A stretch of 64,000 nt of DNA from an uncultured virus (IMG/VR IMGVR_UViG_3300042306_000801) (IMGVR_UViG_3300042306_000801), one strand, 5' to 3'. Numbered from the stretch's first letter, positions 48,832 through 57,971 are shown. Numbers and translations: made by a program. Notes: generated by a model not told the origin, from the letters alone.

Positions 48832-49578
48832 TTGAAAAAAACAAAAATATTAGTTACAGGCTTTCCACATACTGGTACATCTATTCTTAAATCTAAATTG
48901 GGAGAATGTTCCAATTTATATGAAGTGCCTTTTGAAACCCCATTTGTAAGACCAGAAGATATACATTATTCTGGTGATAGAGAAAACATTTTAATTAAAC
49001 ATCCTGTATTACCGGTTGATATTCGTGCTGGTGGTATAGCCTATACACGTCATCCTGATTCTAGATATTATGATTATAAAATTATTATGGTGATTAGAAA
49101 TCCGTGGAACGTATATACTGGATTAATTAAAGGTGGAGTAAACCCATTGACTAATTTAACAGTTGATGGGGGTAATCCAGCATACCATACAAAAGTTCAA
49201 GAATATTTAGTTACTGCTGATTTTTTCAGACAAGTTAGAGATAACAACTATCCAAATATATACGCAATTAGATATGAGGATTTTTTTCCTAATAACTTTG
49301 AAAAATTACGCGAACTTATGGATACGTTAGAGTTAGATTATACGGAAGAAATTTTTACAAATCGTACAAAAGATTATATCCATTGGCCTAATAAGCATTA
49401 TGCTAATATAAAAGATGATGAAACCTATAAATCCGATAGGTACGCATATAGAACTTGGCAGATAAACCAACCGTTTCAAAATATGAATAGTGAAGTTGAT
49501 ATTCCAGAAGAACTTAATAAAATTCTAACGGAATCCGATATAATAAAGGAGCTGGGATATTCGGACCCGCGTAACTAA
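48832..49578 (+). CDS. Sulfotransferase-family protein
   Basis: VTGFPHTGTS (5'-PSB loop), IRNP...Y.G (3'-PB), IRYEDF, ELGY; TTG start. Confidence 0.75.
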   Translation: MKKTKILVTGFPHTGTSILKSKLGECSNLYEVPFETPFVRPEDIHYSGDRENILIKHPVLPVDIRAGGIAYTRHPDSRYYDYKIIMVIRNPWNVYTGLIKGGVNPLTNLTVDGGNPAYHTKVQEYLVTADFFRQVRDNNYPNIYAIRYEDFFPNNFEKLRELMDTLELDYTEEIFTNRTKDYIHWPNKHYANIKDDETYKSDRYAYRTWQINQPFQNMNSEVDIPEELNKILTESDIIKELGYSDPRN

Positions 49579-49648
49579 TTGATTTTCAATGACTTATGTA
49601 ACTCATTGATTTCCAACGTATTATAACTTATTGATTTCCAATGACTTA
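49572..49648. repeat. Three tandem 25-bp imperfect palindromes TAA-N4-TTGA-N3-YCAA-N4-TTA
   Basis: Units at 49572-49596, 49599-49623 and 49624-49648. Confidence 0.9.
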
Positions 49649-49667
49649 AAAAATATTTCAAAAAATA

Positions 49668-49699
49668 TTTGGTGGTCTGAAAACTTCTTTGTATATTTG
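49668..49699 (+). promoter_or_regulatory. Bacteroidota-type promoter
   Basis: TTTG at 49668-49671, N20, TATATTTG at 49692-49699. Confidence 0.7.
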
Positions 49700-49730
49700 G
49701 GTATATTCATTCAAAATTAAACCCCTTTAT

Positions 49731-51935
49731 ATGAGTTGGTACACAGATTTTAAGACAGGTACAAAAGACCACATCGCTAGTGGCAAATCTAAAAAAAGTA
49801 AATCATATAGTTCTTATGGTAAATCTTCTTGGTGGATGGATGATTGGGATTATTCTGCTCCAGTATATTCATCTTATTCCACAAAGGAATTGGCTACAAA
49901 GAACTTGTATAAGTTAGCTGCACATCGTAGAGCGATTGCTAACTTCGTTTCTATTGTAACAGGTCAATCTATACCTGTTAAGTTTTCTACCAAAGGTGAT
50001 TCTTATACCGATGGTAAGGTAGTAACTATTTCCGCTAACATCGCAGAACCAAAAGAGTTTGACCCGGCGGTGGGTTTGGCACTTCACGAAGGTTCACACA
50101 TCAAACTTTCCAATTTCGATATATTGAGAGATTTGGATATTGTAATTCATAGAATTGTTGGTACGGAAGAATTCAAACGTTTAGAAGAAATTTCAACCCA
50201 AAAGGGTGTTACATATTTCGGTGGTGTTGTGAAAGACATATTGAACTATGTAGAAGATAGAAGGATTGATAACTTCATCTACAAATCAGCACCCGGTTAT
50301 AGAGATTACTATCGTTCAATGTACGATAAGTACTTCAATGACCCTGCTATTGATAAGGGTATGAAATCGGATGAGTTCACCGAAGAAAACTTTGAATCAT
50401 ATATGTTCCGTTTGATTAACTTACATTCAAAGTTTAGTAAACCAAACGCGTTGAAACGTATGCCAGAAATTGCTAGGATTATTAAACTTAATGAGATTAG
50501 TAGATTGAAAACAACCGAAGATGCACTTAAAATTGCATTAGAAGTTTACGCTATTCTTATTGACGCAATCGAACCACTTACTCCACAACAACAACAAAAT
50601 GGACAGGGTAAGGGTAGTGGTAATGGGCAAGCTGGTGAAGGTGAGCAAGAGGCCGGTGAAGATGATATTGAAGTTGATATGAGTGGTGATGATGGTGATA
50701 GTGAGAATGGTAGTGGTGATGGTGGTGATAGTGATATGAGTGGAGATGGTAACGAACCTGCCGAAGATGGTAAAGGTGTGAAGGGTAAGATTGTTATTAA
50801 ACCTGGTAAAGGTAATGGTAAGCCAGCGGAAGGACGTTTATCTCAAAGACAGATTGATATTATTCGTAAGAAGATAGAAAAACAAAAAGAGTTCTTACGT
50901 GGTAAGATTAAGAAAACCAAAGTATCATCAACCGAAGCAAAACAATTGGAATCAATTGAAGAAGCTGGTGCAGAGATGAAAGTTGTAGCACAAGATTATT
51001 ATGGTAATGGTAATTCATTCAAAGGTATTGAGTGTGTTGTGGTTAAGAAGATGACTCGTAACTTAATGGAGCAAGAAAACTTCCCACTTACATCTAAACG
51101 TTATAATAAGACTGAAGATACGATGTATGACCAATACTCTAAAGAAGTTGCCGAAGGTATTCGTATCGGCACATTGTTGGGTAAGAAAATGCAAGTTAGA
51201 GGTGAGAGTAGAGAAACTATCTTTAACCGTCAGCTTGTAGGTAAGATGGATAAGAGAATGGTATCATCGTTGGGTTATGGTAATGAGCACGTATTCTATA
51301 CTAGAGAGGTTGATATGTTTAAAAAAGCTAACCTACATATTTCGGTAGATGCGAGTGGTTCAATGGGTGGTGAGAAGTGGAGAAAAACTATGACTAACAT
51401 CGTAGCATTGGCTAAGGCAGTGGATATGATTCCTAACCTTAATATTCAGATTAGTTTCCGTACAACAACCGGTGAGTTACCTTACATTGTATTGGCTTAC
51501 GATAGTAGAGTTGATAAGTTTATGAAGGTTAAACAATTGTTTGGTTACTTACATCCAAACGGAACTACACCTGAAGGATTGTGTTTTGAGGCAGTGATGA
51601 AACAAATGGTAGGTAGTAATGGTGAAGTTGATTCATACTTCCTAAACATATCGGATGGTGAACCTTACTTTCATGGAAAGGGTATGAGTTATAGTGGTAG
51701 TAATGCGGCTAAACATACTCGTAAGATGATGAAATCAATCGAAGGTATGGGTATCAAAGTATTGAGTTATTTCGTTAGTGATAGTAGTTACGAAATGGAT
51801 GAAAATAGTAGTGGTTCAGCCAGAACATTCAAAGAGTGTTATGGACCTGCTGCTAGTTATATTAACGTAACAAATGTTAATGAGGTAGCACGTACAATGA
51901 ACCGATTATTTATGAGCAAACCACAAAATTCATAA
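49731..51935 (+). CDS. VWA-domain protein with an N-terminal HExxH (CobT-like) domain
   Basis: ALHEGSH, NYVEDRRID, an acidic Gly-rich linker, MIDAS DASGSM, GTTPE, ISDGEP. The ATG at 49731 follows the promoter. Confidence 0.85.
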   Translation: MSWYTDFKTGTKDHIASGKSKKSKSYSSYGKSSWWMDDWDYSAPVYSSYSTKELATKNLYKLAAHRRAIANFVSIVTGQSIPVKFSTKGDSYTDGKVVTISANIAEPKEFDPAVGLALHEGSHIKLSNFDILRDLDIVIHRIVGTEEFKRLEEISTQKGVTYFGGVVKDILNYVEDRRIDNFIYKSAPGYRDYYRSMYDKYFNDPAIDKGMKSDEFTEENFESYMFRLINLHSKFSKPNALKRMPEIARIIKLNEISRLKTTEDALKIALEVYAILIDAIEPLTPQQQQNGQGKGSGNGQAGEGEQEAGEDDIEVDMSGDDGDSENGSGDGGDSDMSGDGNEPAEDGKGVKGKIVIKPGKGNGKPAEGRLSQRQIDIIRKKIEKQKEFLRGKIKKTKVSSTEAKQLESIEEAGAEMKVVAQDYYGNGNSFKGIECVVVKKMTRNLMEQENFPLTSKRYNKTEDTMYDQYSKEVAEGIRIGTLLGKKMQVRGESRETIFNRQLVGKMDKRMVSSLGYGNEHVFYTREVDMFKKANLHISVDASGSMGGEKWRKTMTNIVALAKAVDMIPNLNIQISFRTTTGELPYIVLAYDSRVDKFMKVKQLFGYLHPNGTTPEGLCFEAVMKQMVGSNGEVDSYFLNISDGEPYFHGKGMSYSGSNAAKHTRKMMKSIEGMGIKVLSYFVSDSSYEMDENSSGSARTFKECYGPAASYINVTNVNEVARTMNRLFMSKPQNS

Positions 51936-51995
51936 CTGATTGATTATCAACGAGTTACGAAAATCACTCCTAACTCGTTGATTTTCAACCACTTA
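51933..51995. repeat. Two 25-bp palindromic units of the same family as 49572-49648
   Basis: TAACTGATTGATTATCAACGAGTTA at 51933-51957 and TAACTCGTTGATTTTCAACCACTTA at 51971-51995. Confidence 0.9.
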
Positions 51996-52011
51996 TAACC
52001 CCAAAAATAAA

Positions 52012-52043
52012 TTTGGTAGATTCGAAAATATTTCGTATCTTTA
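52012..52043 (+). promoter_or_regulatory. Bacteroidota-type promoter (TATCTTTA variant)
   Basis: TTTG at 52012-52015, N20, TATCTTTA at 52036-52043. Confidence 0.7.
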
Positions 52044-52100
52044 CATAGTAAGATTGATAAGAAAGAAACATTTATTATTATATATTAAAACCCCTTAATT

Positions 52101-53306
52101 ATGGCAAAGCCTAATGTAGACAAAATGAGTAAACAAATCTTTAAAGTTGTAAAGATTGGCTCACATTTCAAACTAGCAAATACTGCTGGTAAAATAGTAG
52201 GTACACAAGGAATTGGTACTCCTACTCGTAAAAAAGCTTATGAAGCAGGTAAAGCACTTCGTAAGGTAGTTGGTAGTGGTGGTAAGATTCAATACCGCTT
52301 AACCGATATGACTGAATTTGATAACTTGGTTGCTCCATTGAAAAGTAACGCCGAAGTTAATGTAGAGAAGTTGGATAATCATAAAGAGATTACCGATTTT
52401 ATCCATAACGAATCGGTTAAACTTAAACCTGAAGGATTGGTTATTTCTGACTTAAAGTGGAAATACCTTATTCGTTCAGCTGTTAGAGCTAAGAATATTA
52501 TGATGACAGGACCGGCTGGTTGTGGTAAGACATTAGCGGCTAAAGCACTTACCAAAGGATTAAAGAGACCTGATTTCTATTTCAACCTTGGTGCAACGCA
52601 AGATGCGAGAGCAACCCTAATTGGTAACACGCACTTTGATAGTAAGAAAGGTACATTCTTTGCTGAATCTGCTTTCGTAAAAGCAATTAGTACTCCAAAC
52701 GCTGTTATCCTATTGGATGAGTTGAGTAGAGCACATCCTGACGCTTGGAATATCCTAATGACTGTATTGGATTTGGGACAACGTTACCTTCGTTTAGATG
52801 AGGCTGTTGATTCTCCAATTGTTAAAGTAGCTGATGGTGTTACTTTTATCGCTACCGCTAACATTGGTGGTGAATATACTTCAACTAGAGTATTGGATAG
52901 AGCGATATTAGACCGTTTCACTACAATTGAAATGGATGTGTTGAATGATGAGCAAGAATTGAACTTGTTAAAGTATATGTATCCTTCGGTTAATGAAGAA
53001 GATTTGAAAGCGGTTGCTGAAATTGCTACTCACACTCGTGATATTGCAAAGACAGGTGATGGTAAACTTTCAACCGGTGTTTCAACTCGTGCTAGTGTAG
53101 AAACTGCTGGGTTGTTGTACGATGGTTTCAGTTTGTTTGAAGCAGCTGAAATTAGTATGTTCCCATTCTTCTCTAACGATGGTGGTGTAGATAGTGAAAG
53201 AACGTATGTGAAGCAGTTGGTTCAAAAGTATATTAAGGATGATAAAGCTGATGAAGCATTATTCACCGAACCAACCGAAGATGATAGTGAGAAGATTGTT
53301 TGGTAA
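52101..53306 (+). CDS. MoxR / CbbQ-NorQ-like AAA+ ATPase
   Basis: GPAGCGKT, LLDELSRA, FIATAN, LDRAILDRF, STR; adjacent to its VWA partner. Confidence 0.9.
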   Translation: MAKPNVDKMSKQIFKVVKIGSHFKLANTAGKIVGTQGIGTPTRKKAYEAGKALRKVVGSGGKIQYRLTDMTEFDNLVAPLKSNAEVNVEKLDNHKEITDFIHNESVKLKPEGLVISDLKWKYLIRSAVRAKNIMMTGPAGCGKTLAAKALTKGLKRPDFYFNLGATQDARATLIGNTHFDSKKGTFFAESAFVKAISTPNAVILLDELSRAHPDAWNILMTVLDLGQRYLRLDEAVDSPIVKVADGVTFIATANIGGEYTSTRVLDRAILDRFTTIEMDVLNDEQELNLLKYMYPSVNEEDLKAVAEIATHTRDIAKTGDGKLSTGVSTRASVETAGLLYDGFSLFEAAEISMFPFFSNDGGVDSERTYVKQLVQKYIKDDKADEALFTEPTEDDSEKIVW

Positions 53307-53331
53307 TTTAAGGGGTTAAATCCAGACATAA

Positions 53332-53362
53332 GGTGGGTGGCTTCGGCCATCCACCATTTTTT
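53332..53362 (+). terminator. Intrinsic terminator with a cUUCGg loop
   Basis: GGTGGGTGGC-TTCG-GCCATCCACC followed by ATTTTTT. Confidence 0.85.
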
Positions 53363-53383
53363 GTAAATCCCAAACCCAAAAAA

Positions 53384-53539
53384 ATGGAAAAGATTATATT
53401 AGCAGATATGGAAAGTAATGGAATTTATTTTTCAGATGAAATTAAAAAAGAATTAGAAAAAGAAAGAGAGGAAATGTATTGTGAATACAGTGGATTACTT
53501 TCAGTTAAAGCATACGAATATGTTAAAGAAGGCAAATGA
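53384..53539 (+). CDS. Small hypothetical protein
   Basis: ATG after the terminator: MEKIILADMESNG...CEYSGLLSV..Y. Confidence 0.5.
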   Translation: MEKIILADMESNGIYFSDEIKKELEKEREEMYCEYSGLLSVKAYEYVKEGK

Positions 53540-54146
53540 AAATGAGGTAGTTGATTCCTTTGAGAAAAAGAAAAGGATTAGAGATGCCGCTAAATACTAT
53601 GGCTTATTTTTAGAATCATTGGGATTCGATTATGAGGCTGACCCACAAACAATAGAAACTCCTTTGAGGGTAGCTAAAGCTTGGGTAGATGATTTGGTAA
53701 AAGGTAGTATGACTGAAGCACCGAATATAACTACATTTCCAAATGAAGAAGGATATGATGGTATTGTTATTCAGACGGGTATCAAAGTGAACTCAATGTG
53801 TGCACATCATAACTTACCGTTCTATGGTTATGCAGCTGTGGCTTATCTTCCTGAAAAGAATGTGATTGGATTGAGTAAATTGAATAGGGTTGTTGATTGG
53901 TTTAGTAGAAGGCCACAAATGCAAGAATCACTAACTGCACAAATACATAAGTTCTTAACTGATAAGTTAGAGTGTGAAAGTGTGGCCGTATCAATTAGTG
54001 GACATCACCTTTGTTGTGGTATGAGAGGTATTCAACATCCTGATTCTTTAATGACTACAAACAAATTTAGTGGAAGATTTTTAGATAGTGATAACTTGAT
54101 TAGAGAAGAATTTATGAACGCAATTAAAATGAATAATTTAAAGTAA
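53520..54146 (+). CDS. folE: GTP cyclohydrolase I
   Basis: ETPLRVAK, SMCAHHNLPF.G, GLSKLNR, RRPQMQE, HLCCGMRG. Confidence 0.93.
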   Translation: MLKKANENEVVDSFEKKKRIRDAAKYYGLFLESLGFDYEADPQTIETPLRVAKAWVDDLVKGSMTEAPNITTFPNEEGYDGIVIQTGIKVNSMCAHHNLPFYGYAAVAYLPEKNVIGLSKLNRVVDWFSRRPQMQESLTAQIHKFLTDKLECESVAVSISGHHLCCGMRGIQHPDSLMTTNKFSGRFLDSDNLIREEFMNAIKMNNLK

Positions 54147-54150
54147 TAAT

Positions 54151-54393
54151 ATGAAAGTAAATTTAAGCTTACTTAGCAAGATGAGGTCATTCATCGGATT
54201 TGAAATTGGACATAGTGGTTATTTAAAGAAAAACGATGAGGGGCATCCTGTATTAGTAAGAACCATTGAATTCAGTTTGGGATTTCTATTCGGATGGGTA
54301 TCGTTTGAATTTAATAGCGGAAGGCAAATTGATTTAGATGAAATAAATCAACAATTAAGAGAACAAGTATTAAAAGGTAAAAAAATCGGATAA
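54151..54393 (+). CDS. Hypothetical protein
   Basis: 80-aa ORF in a co-directional run. Confidence 0.55.
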   Translation: MKVNLSLLSKMRSFIGFEIGHSGYLKKNDEGHPVLVRTIEFSLGFLFGWVSFEFNSGRQIDLDEINQQLREQVLKGKKIG

Positions 54394-54394
54394 T

Positions 54395-54559
54395 ATGAAT
54401 AAGGATACAACAAAAGATTGGATGGATAAGTTAGTGAAAAATTATCGCATACCAGAAGAACAGCCAAAAGAAAAGAAAGAACCTGTAAAGTTACTCAAAG
54501 AGTCCCAACTTCGTATCATTATGGAGAGGGATAAAAAAGATTTGGTTAATAAGAAATAA
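54395..54559 (+). CDS. Small hypothetical protein (54 aa)
   Basis: Manual translation MNKDTTKDWMDKLVKNYRIP... Confidence 0.45.
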   Translation: MNKDTTKDWMDKLVKNYRIPEEQPKEKKEPVKLLKESQLRIIMERDKKDLVNKK

Positions 54560-54572
54560 TTTCGTATATTTG
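54541..54572 (+). promoter_or_regulatory. Bacteroidota-type promoter
   Basis: TTTG at 54541-54544, N20, TATATTTG at 54565-54572. Confidence 0.7.
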
Positions 54573-54587
54573 TATAAATTGATTAAG

Positions 54588-54851
54588 ATGAAAACATTTA
54601 AAGATTTGGAATTTAATCCGCACCCTAATCACTTGGGTGGTGTTCAAGCTCGTATCTATTTTGATAATGGGTATGGTGCTAGTGTTGTTAAAACTCCATA
54701 TACCTACGGTGGTGATATGGGATTGTATGAGTTAGCTGTGTTTGGTAAGGATGGGCACATAGCATATGATACACCAGTTACTAATGATGTGGAAGGTTAT
54801 TTGAGTGAAGATGATGTAACAAAAATATTGGAACAAATTCAAGAACTATAA
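54588..54851 (+). CDS. Phage hypothetical protein
   Basis: FDNGYGASVV....YGG..GLYELAV and YDTPVT.DV.GYL patterns; ATG at 54588. Confidence 0.65.
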   Translation: MKTFKDLEFNPHPNHLGGVQARIYFDNGYGASVVKTPYTYGGDMGLYELAVFGKDGHIAYDTPVTNDVEGYLSEDDVTKILEQIQEL

Positions 54852-54852
54852 A

Positions 54853-55269
54853 ATGAAGTTATACAACAATAGTGATATGAGATTTGCAGGAACTAAAAGA
54901 CAACAATATACATCGGAGAGAGTTCGTAAAATGAGAATGGAACGAGCACTTGTTAAGGCTAAAAAAGATGGTGTGAGTGATTCACAAGTACAAACCTATT
55001 TGGGTAAGTTACAAGCTGCCGGACATATGAAAGTGAGTGGTTTTAAGAAAATGAGTATTGATAGTAAACCGATGGGTATAGGTGTTCAACCTGATACGGC
55101 ATATCTTAAAACTATGAATGTAGAATTTGAGATGTATAATCAGCAGGGTATGAACGATAGACCACATTTTGCAGGTTATCTTCGTTCAGCATCAGAATCA
55201 GATAAACAATATCAATTAAAAGGATGGTTCAATGAAGATGGTACAATCAGAATTGAACTTGTAAACTAA
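54853..55269 (+). CDS. Hypothetical protein
   Basis: 138-aa ORF. Confidence 0.55.
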   Translation: MKLYNNSDMRFAGTKRQQYTSERVRKMRMERALVKAKKDGVSDSQVQTYLGKLQAAGHMKVSGFKKMSIDSKPMGIGVQPDTAYLKTMNVEFEMYNQQGMNDRPHFAGYLRSASESDKQYQLKGWFNEDGTIRIELVN

Positions 55270-55274
55270 TAGTT

Positions 55275-55766
55275 ATGGGATATAATCCGTATAGATGGTG
55301 GACTAAGGGTAGAACTAATAAACCACTAAAAGCTGAAGCACCACTGCTATTGAAAATTAGAAATGGTGATTTTGATTATTCGTACATGTTTGGTGAAGCT
55401 AAAGAGATGAGAGATAATTCTCAAAAAACATACGAACAGGCTTACAAAAATTATGGTGGTACTGACGAAAAGAATAGAGAACAGGCCGCATTAGAAGCGA
55501 GTAGAATGAAACGTATCAAATCTATTAAGTTAGAGTTGGAAGCTGCTAGAGATGAGGAAATGATATTGTGGAAGTTGAGGATGGAATTAAAGAAGGAATT
55601 CGGAAAGGATTTGTGGGATAAGGCAATGGAGAGAAGTAGAGGGAAGGGAACGTTGGAAGATTTATACGAATGGTATCGTAAGAATAGCAGAGTAAAGAAC
55701 CCGCAATCAATACAGGATATTCAGTTGAGAAAACCGAATACCAAAGGATTGGAATATTTATTCTAA
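55275..55766 (+). CDS. Hypothetical protein
   Basis: 163-aa ORF. Confidence 0.6.
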   Translation: MGYNPYRWWTKGRTNKPLKAEAPLLLKIRNGDFDYSYMFGEAKEMRDNSQKTYEQAYKNYGGTDEKNREQAALEASRMKRIKSIKLELEAARDEEMILWKLRMELKKEFGKDLWDKAMERSRGKGTLEDLYEWYRKNSRVKNPQSIQDIQLRKPNTKGLEYLF

Positions 55767-55779
55767 ATGAAACGTTAAT

Positions 55780-55980
55780 ATGAAAAATTTGATAAAACTA
55801 GATTCAATTAATGTATGGGCCGGAACGTTGGGTATTATGAATTGCGATGATAACGGCTTACCAATATTAGAAGAATCAAAAAGTTGGGATAATATAGAAC
55901 CGGAATGGTTTCAACAATTATCTAACGAAGATAAAGAAAAAATAAACACAATTATTAATAACAAAAACAACAAAGACTAG
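55780..55980 (+). CDS. Hypothetical protein
   Basis: 66-aa ORF. Confidence 0.5.
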   Translation: MKNLIKLDSINVWAGTLGIMNCDDNGLPILEESKSWDNIEPEWFQQLSNEDKEKINTIINNKNNKD

Positions 55981-55982
55981 TT

Positions 55983-56261
55983 ATGGAAATCACAAAGAGC
56001 AGATTCGGACAGGAAAGAAGTATTGAAAGAATCAATCTAAACAAAGTGAGAGTTTTAGGTGAATCACAATTTGTTCGTAAATCAACAAATAAAAATGGTG
56101 ATGTAACCCTATTTGATTTTGAAGGTGGACCTGCTTACACATTAGGCGGTAAGTTATCATTTGAAAAAATGTTATGGAAAATCAATGGAATTGAACCAAT
56201 GGAAAGTGGTTATAAAGACTTGTATGAAGTGAACCTTCATATAGAACCAATTTGGAGATAA
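55983..56261 (+). CDS. Hypothetical protein
   Basis: 92-aa ORF containing DFEGGP. Confidence 0.55.
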   Translation: MEITKSRFGQERSIERINLNKVRVLGESQFVRKSTNKNGDVTLFDFEGGPAYTLGGKLSFEKMLWKINGIEPMESGYKDLYEVNLHIEPIWR

Positions 56262-56262
56262 T

Positions 56263-56454
56263 ATGGAATTAGACCCGATACAACAAGCGGAGTTGGACAG
56301 ATTAAACAAAGCATTGGCTAATCAATCCATTCAGCCCGAAGATAAGAAGAAACTTACCCAAAAGAAATTCAATCCTAAAACAGGTGAATTGCAACTATTT
56401 GTTGATAATGGTAAGGGTGGTGTAAAGATGGCATCGGTGAATATCTTCGAATAA
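56263..56454 (+). CDS. Hypothetical protein
   Basis: 63-aa ORF. Confidence 0.5.
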   Translation: MELDPIQQAELDRLNKALANQSIQPEDKKKLTQKKFNPKTGELQLFVDNGKGGVKMASVNIFE

Positions 56455-56628
56455 CGAAATCCGAAGGATGAGTCGTAAGGGGAAAAATTTTTGATAGTTC
56501 ATACTTATTGGTATGAAACTATTACTACTAAAGATTGAAGCAGCCTTAATTACGTTTGGAATAGCGATGTATGAGTATTTCAAAGGTGGTAACAGGCCTT
56601 GGTATTAAGAAACTAAAAATACAATAAT

Positions 56629-57039
56629 ATGGCATACGGAGAAAAGGTAATAGACCATTACCAAAACCCGCGCAATGTTGGTACGTTGGATAAAAGTAAA
56701 TCAACGGTGGGGACAGGGTTAGTTGGAGCACCTGAATGTGGTGATGTGATGAGACTCCAAATAGAGATTGAAGATGGAATCATAACCGATGCGAAATTTA
56801 AAACGTTTGGATGTGGTTCGGCAATTGCTGCATCTTCCCTAGCAACTGAATGGTTAAAGGGTAAGAGTGTGGATGAGGCGGCAAAGTTAGATAATATGGA
56901 TTTGGTTGAGGAATTAGCTCTACCACCTGTTAAGATACATTGTTCGGTTCTTGCTCAAGATGCGGTTCAAGCTGCTATTAACGATTATAGAACAAAGAAT
57001 GGGTTAGAGCCATTACAATTTGAAGAAAAACTACACTAA
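56629..57039 (+). CDS. iscU: Fe-S cluster scaffold protein IscU
   Basis: DHYQNPRNVG, GAPECGDVM, FKTFGCGSAIA, LPPVKIHCS. Confidence 0.96.
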   Translation: MAYGEKVIDHYQNPRNVGTLDKSKSTVGTGLVGAPECGDVMRLQIEIEDGIITDAKFKTFGCGSAIAASSLATEWLKGKSVDEAAKLDNMDLVEELALPPVKIHCSVLAQDAVQAAINDYRTKNGLEPLQFEEKLH

Positions 57040-57227
57040 TGAGAAGATTGTTTAGAAGCCGTTATGAGAAGAAGATAGCTGGAATATGTGGTGGGTTGGC
57101 ACTTTATACGAATAGTGACCCATCGGTTTGGAGAATCATTTTTCTAACCCTAATATTTGCGCCTGTACCTGTTATTATGTTTTACTTTATAGCTTGGGCG
57201 ATAATACCTAAACATCACGCATTATAA
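57039..57227 (+). CDS. pspC: PspC-domain membrane protein
   Basis: RLFRS...KKIAGICGGLA.Y, R, YFIAWAIIP. Confidence 0.88.
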   Translation: MRRLFRSRYEKKIAGICGGLALYTNSDPSVWRIIFLTLIFAPVPVIMFYFIAWAIIPKHHAL

Positions 57228-57237
57228 AATAAGAGAT

Positions 57238-57537
57238 ATGAAAGAGTTTATTCAAAAATACCAAAAGGCAATCGTTGGAACTGGTGCTGTGGCAGTTTTG
57301 GTACTATGTTACTTCCAACAAAAAGAACTGGCTAAATTAAGAAGTGAGCATGTAGAGGTATCAACCGTTCCATATGTGATTGATTCTATACAACACGTAG
57401 TAGATAGTTTGGAAGATGAATTATTTATTAAACACATTACAAACGGAAGATACGAATTAACATTTGAGCACCTAAAAGAAGTGAACCCAAAAATCGGTAA
57501 AGAAATGGAAGATTGGATGGGTCAAAATACTGAATAA
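57238..57537 (+). CDS. Membrane-anchored hypothetical protein
   Basis: N-terminal hydrophobic segment. Confidence 0.55.
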   Translation: MKEFIQKYQKAIVGTGAVAVLVLCYFQQKELAKLRSEHVEVSTVPYVIDSIQHVVDSLEDELFIKHITNGRYELTFEHLKEVNPKIGKEMEDWMGQNTE

Positions 57538-57539
57538 TT

Positions 57540-57872
57540 ATGGTAACACTACAACCTAAAGCATTAGAGCATGTAATTGAATTAATGGTGGAAGGTGGTT
57601 TAACACCGGATACGCATAACTTACGAGTTGGTGTGAAGGGTGGTGGATGTAGTGGATTATCTTACACAATGGATTTTGATGATAAGATAGAACCAACCGA
57701 TGAAGTAGTTCAGGTGGATGGTGGATTGAAAGTAGTAATTGATAGAAAGAGTTTATTATACCTTTATGGTACTCAATTAACATATTCAGATGGATTAAAT
57801 GGTAAAGGATTCCAATGGGAAAATCCAAACGCAAGTAGAACGTGTGGATGTGGTGAATCATTCTCTTTATGA
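57540..57872 (+). CDS. iscA: A-type Fe-S carrier (IscA / HesB family)
   Basis: [27 protein letters not shown]. Confidence 0.95.
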   Translation: MVTLQPKALEHVIELMVEGGLTPDTHNLRVGVKGGGCSGLSYTMDFDDKIEPTDEVVQVDGGLKVVIDRKSLLYLYGTQLTYSDGLNGKGFQWENPNASRTCGCGESFSL

Positions 57873-57971
57873 TAAAACAAATACTATATCTAATATTAGG
57901 AGTTGGTTTTACTTTCTTATTTGCATTTGGTATAGTGTATTTAGCTATTAAATTAAACGATTGGTTGCAGA

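Noticed and set aside
49572..49648. Tandem repeats as a mini CRISPR array
   Set aside because: The units abut with 0-2 nt gaps, have no unique spacers, and are degenerate palindromes. The Cas4-like nuclease is 30 kb away and is a common stand-alone phage gene.
49689..49730. Upstream TTG starts predicted at 49689 (and similarly at 54570), plus the GTG start at 62159
   Set aside because: They fall inside or before promoter boxes; the downstream ATGs at 49731, 54588 and 62231 fit better.
53333..53383. N-terminal part of the predicted ORF 53333-53539
   Set aside because: It coincides with the terminator hairpin; the ATG at 53384 is more plausible.
56465..56485. Hammerhead-ribozyme-like string GATGAGTCGTAAGGGGAAA
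   Set aside because: It lacks the CUGA core and the closing C-GAAA pairing, and has no convincing stems I or III.
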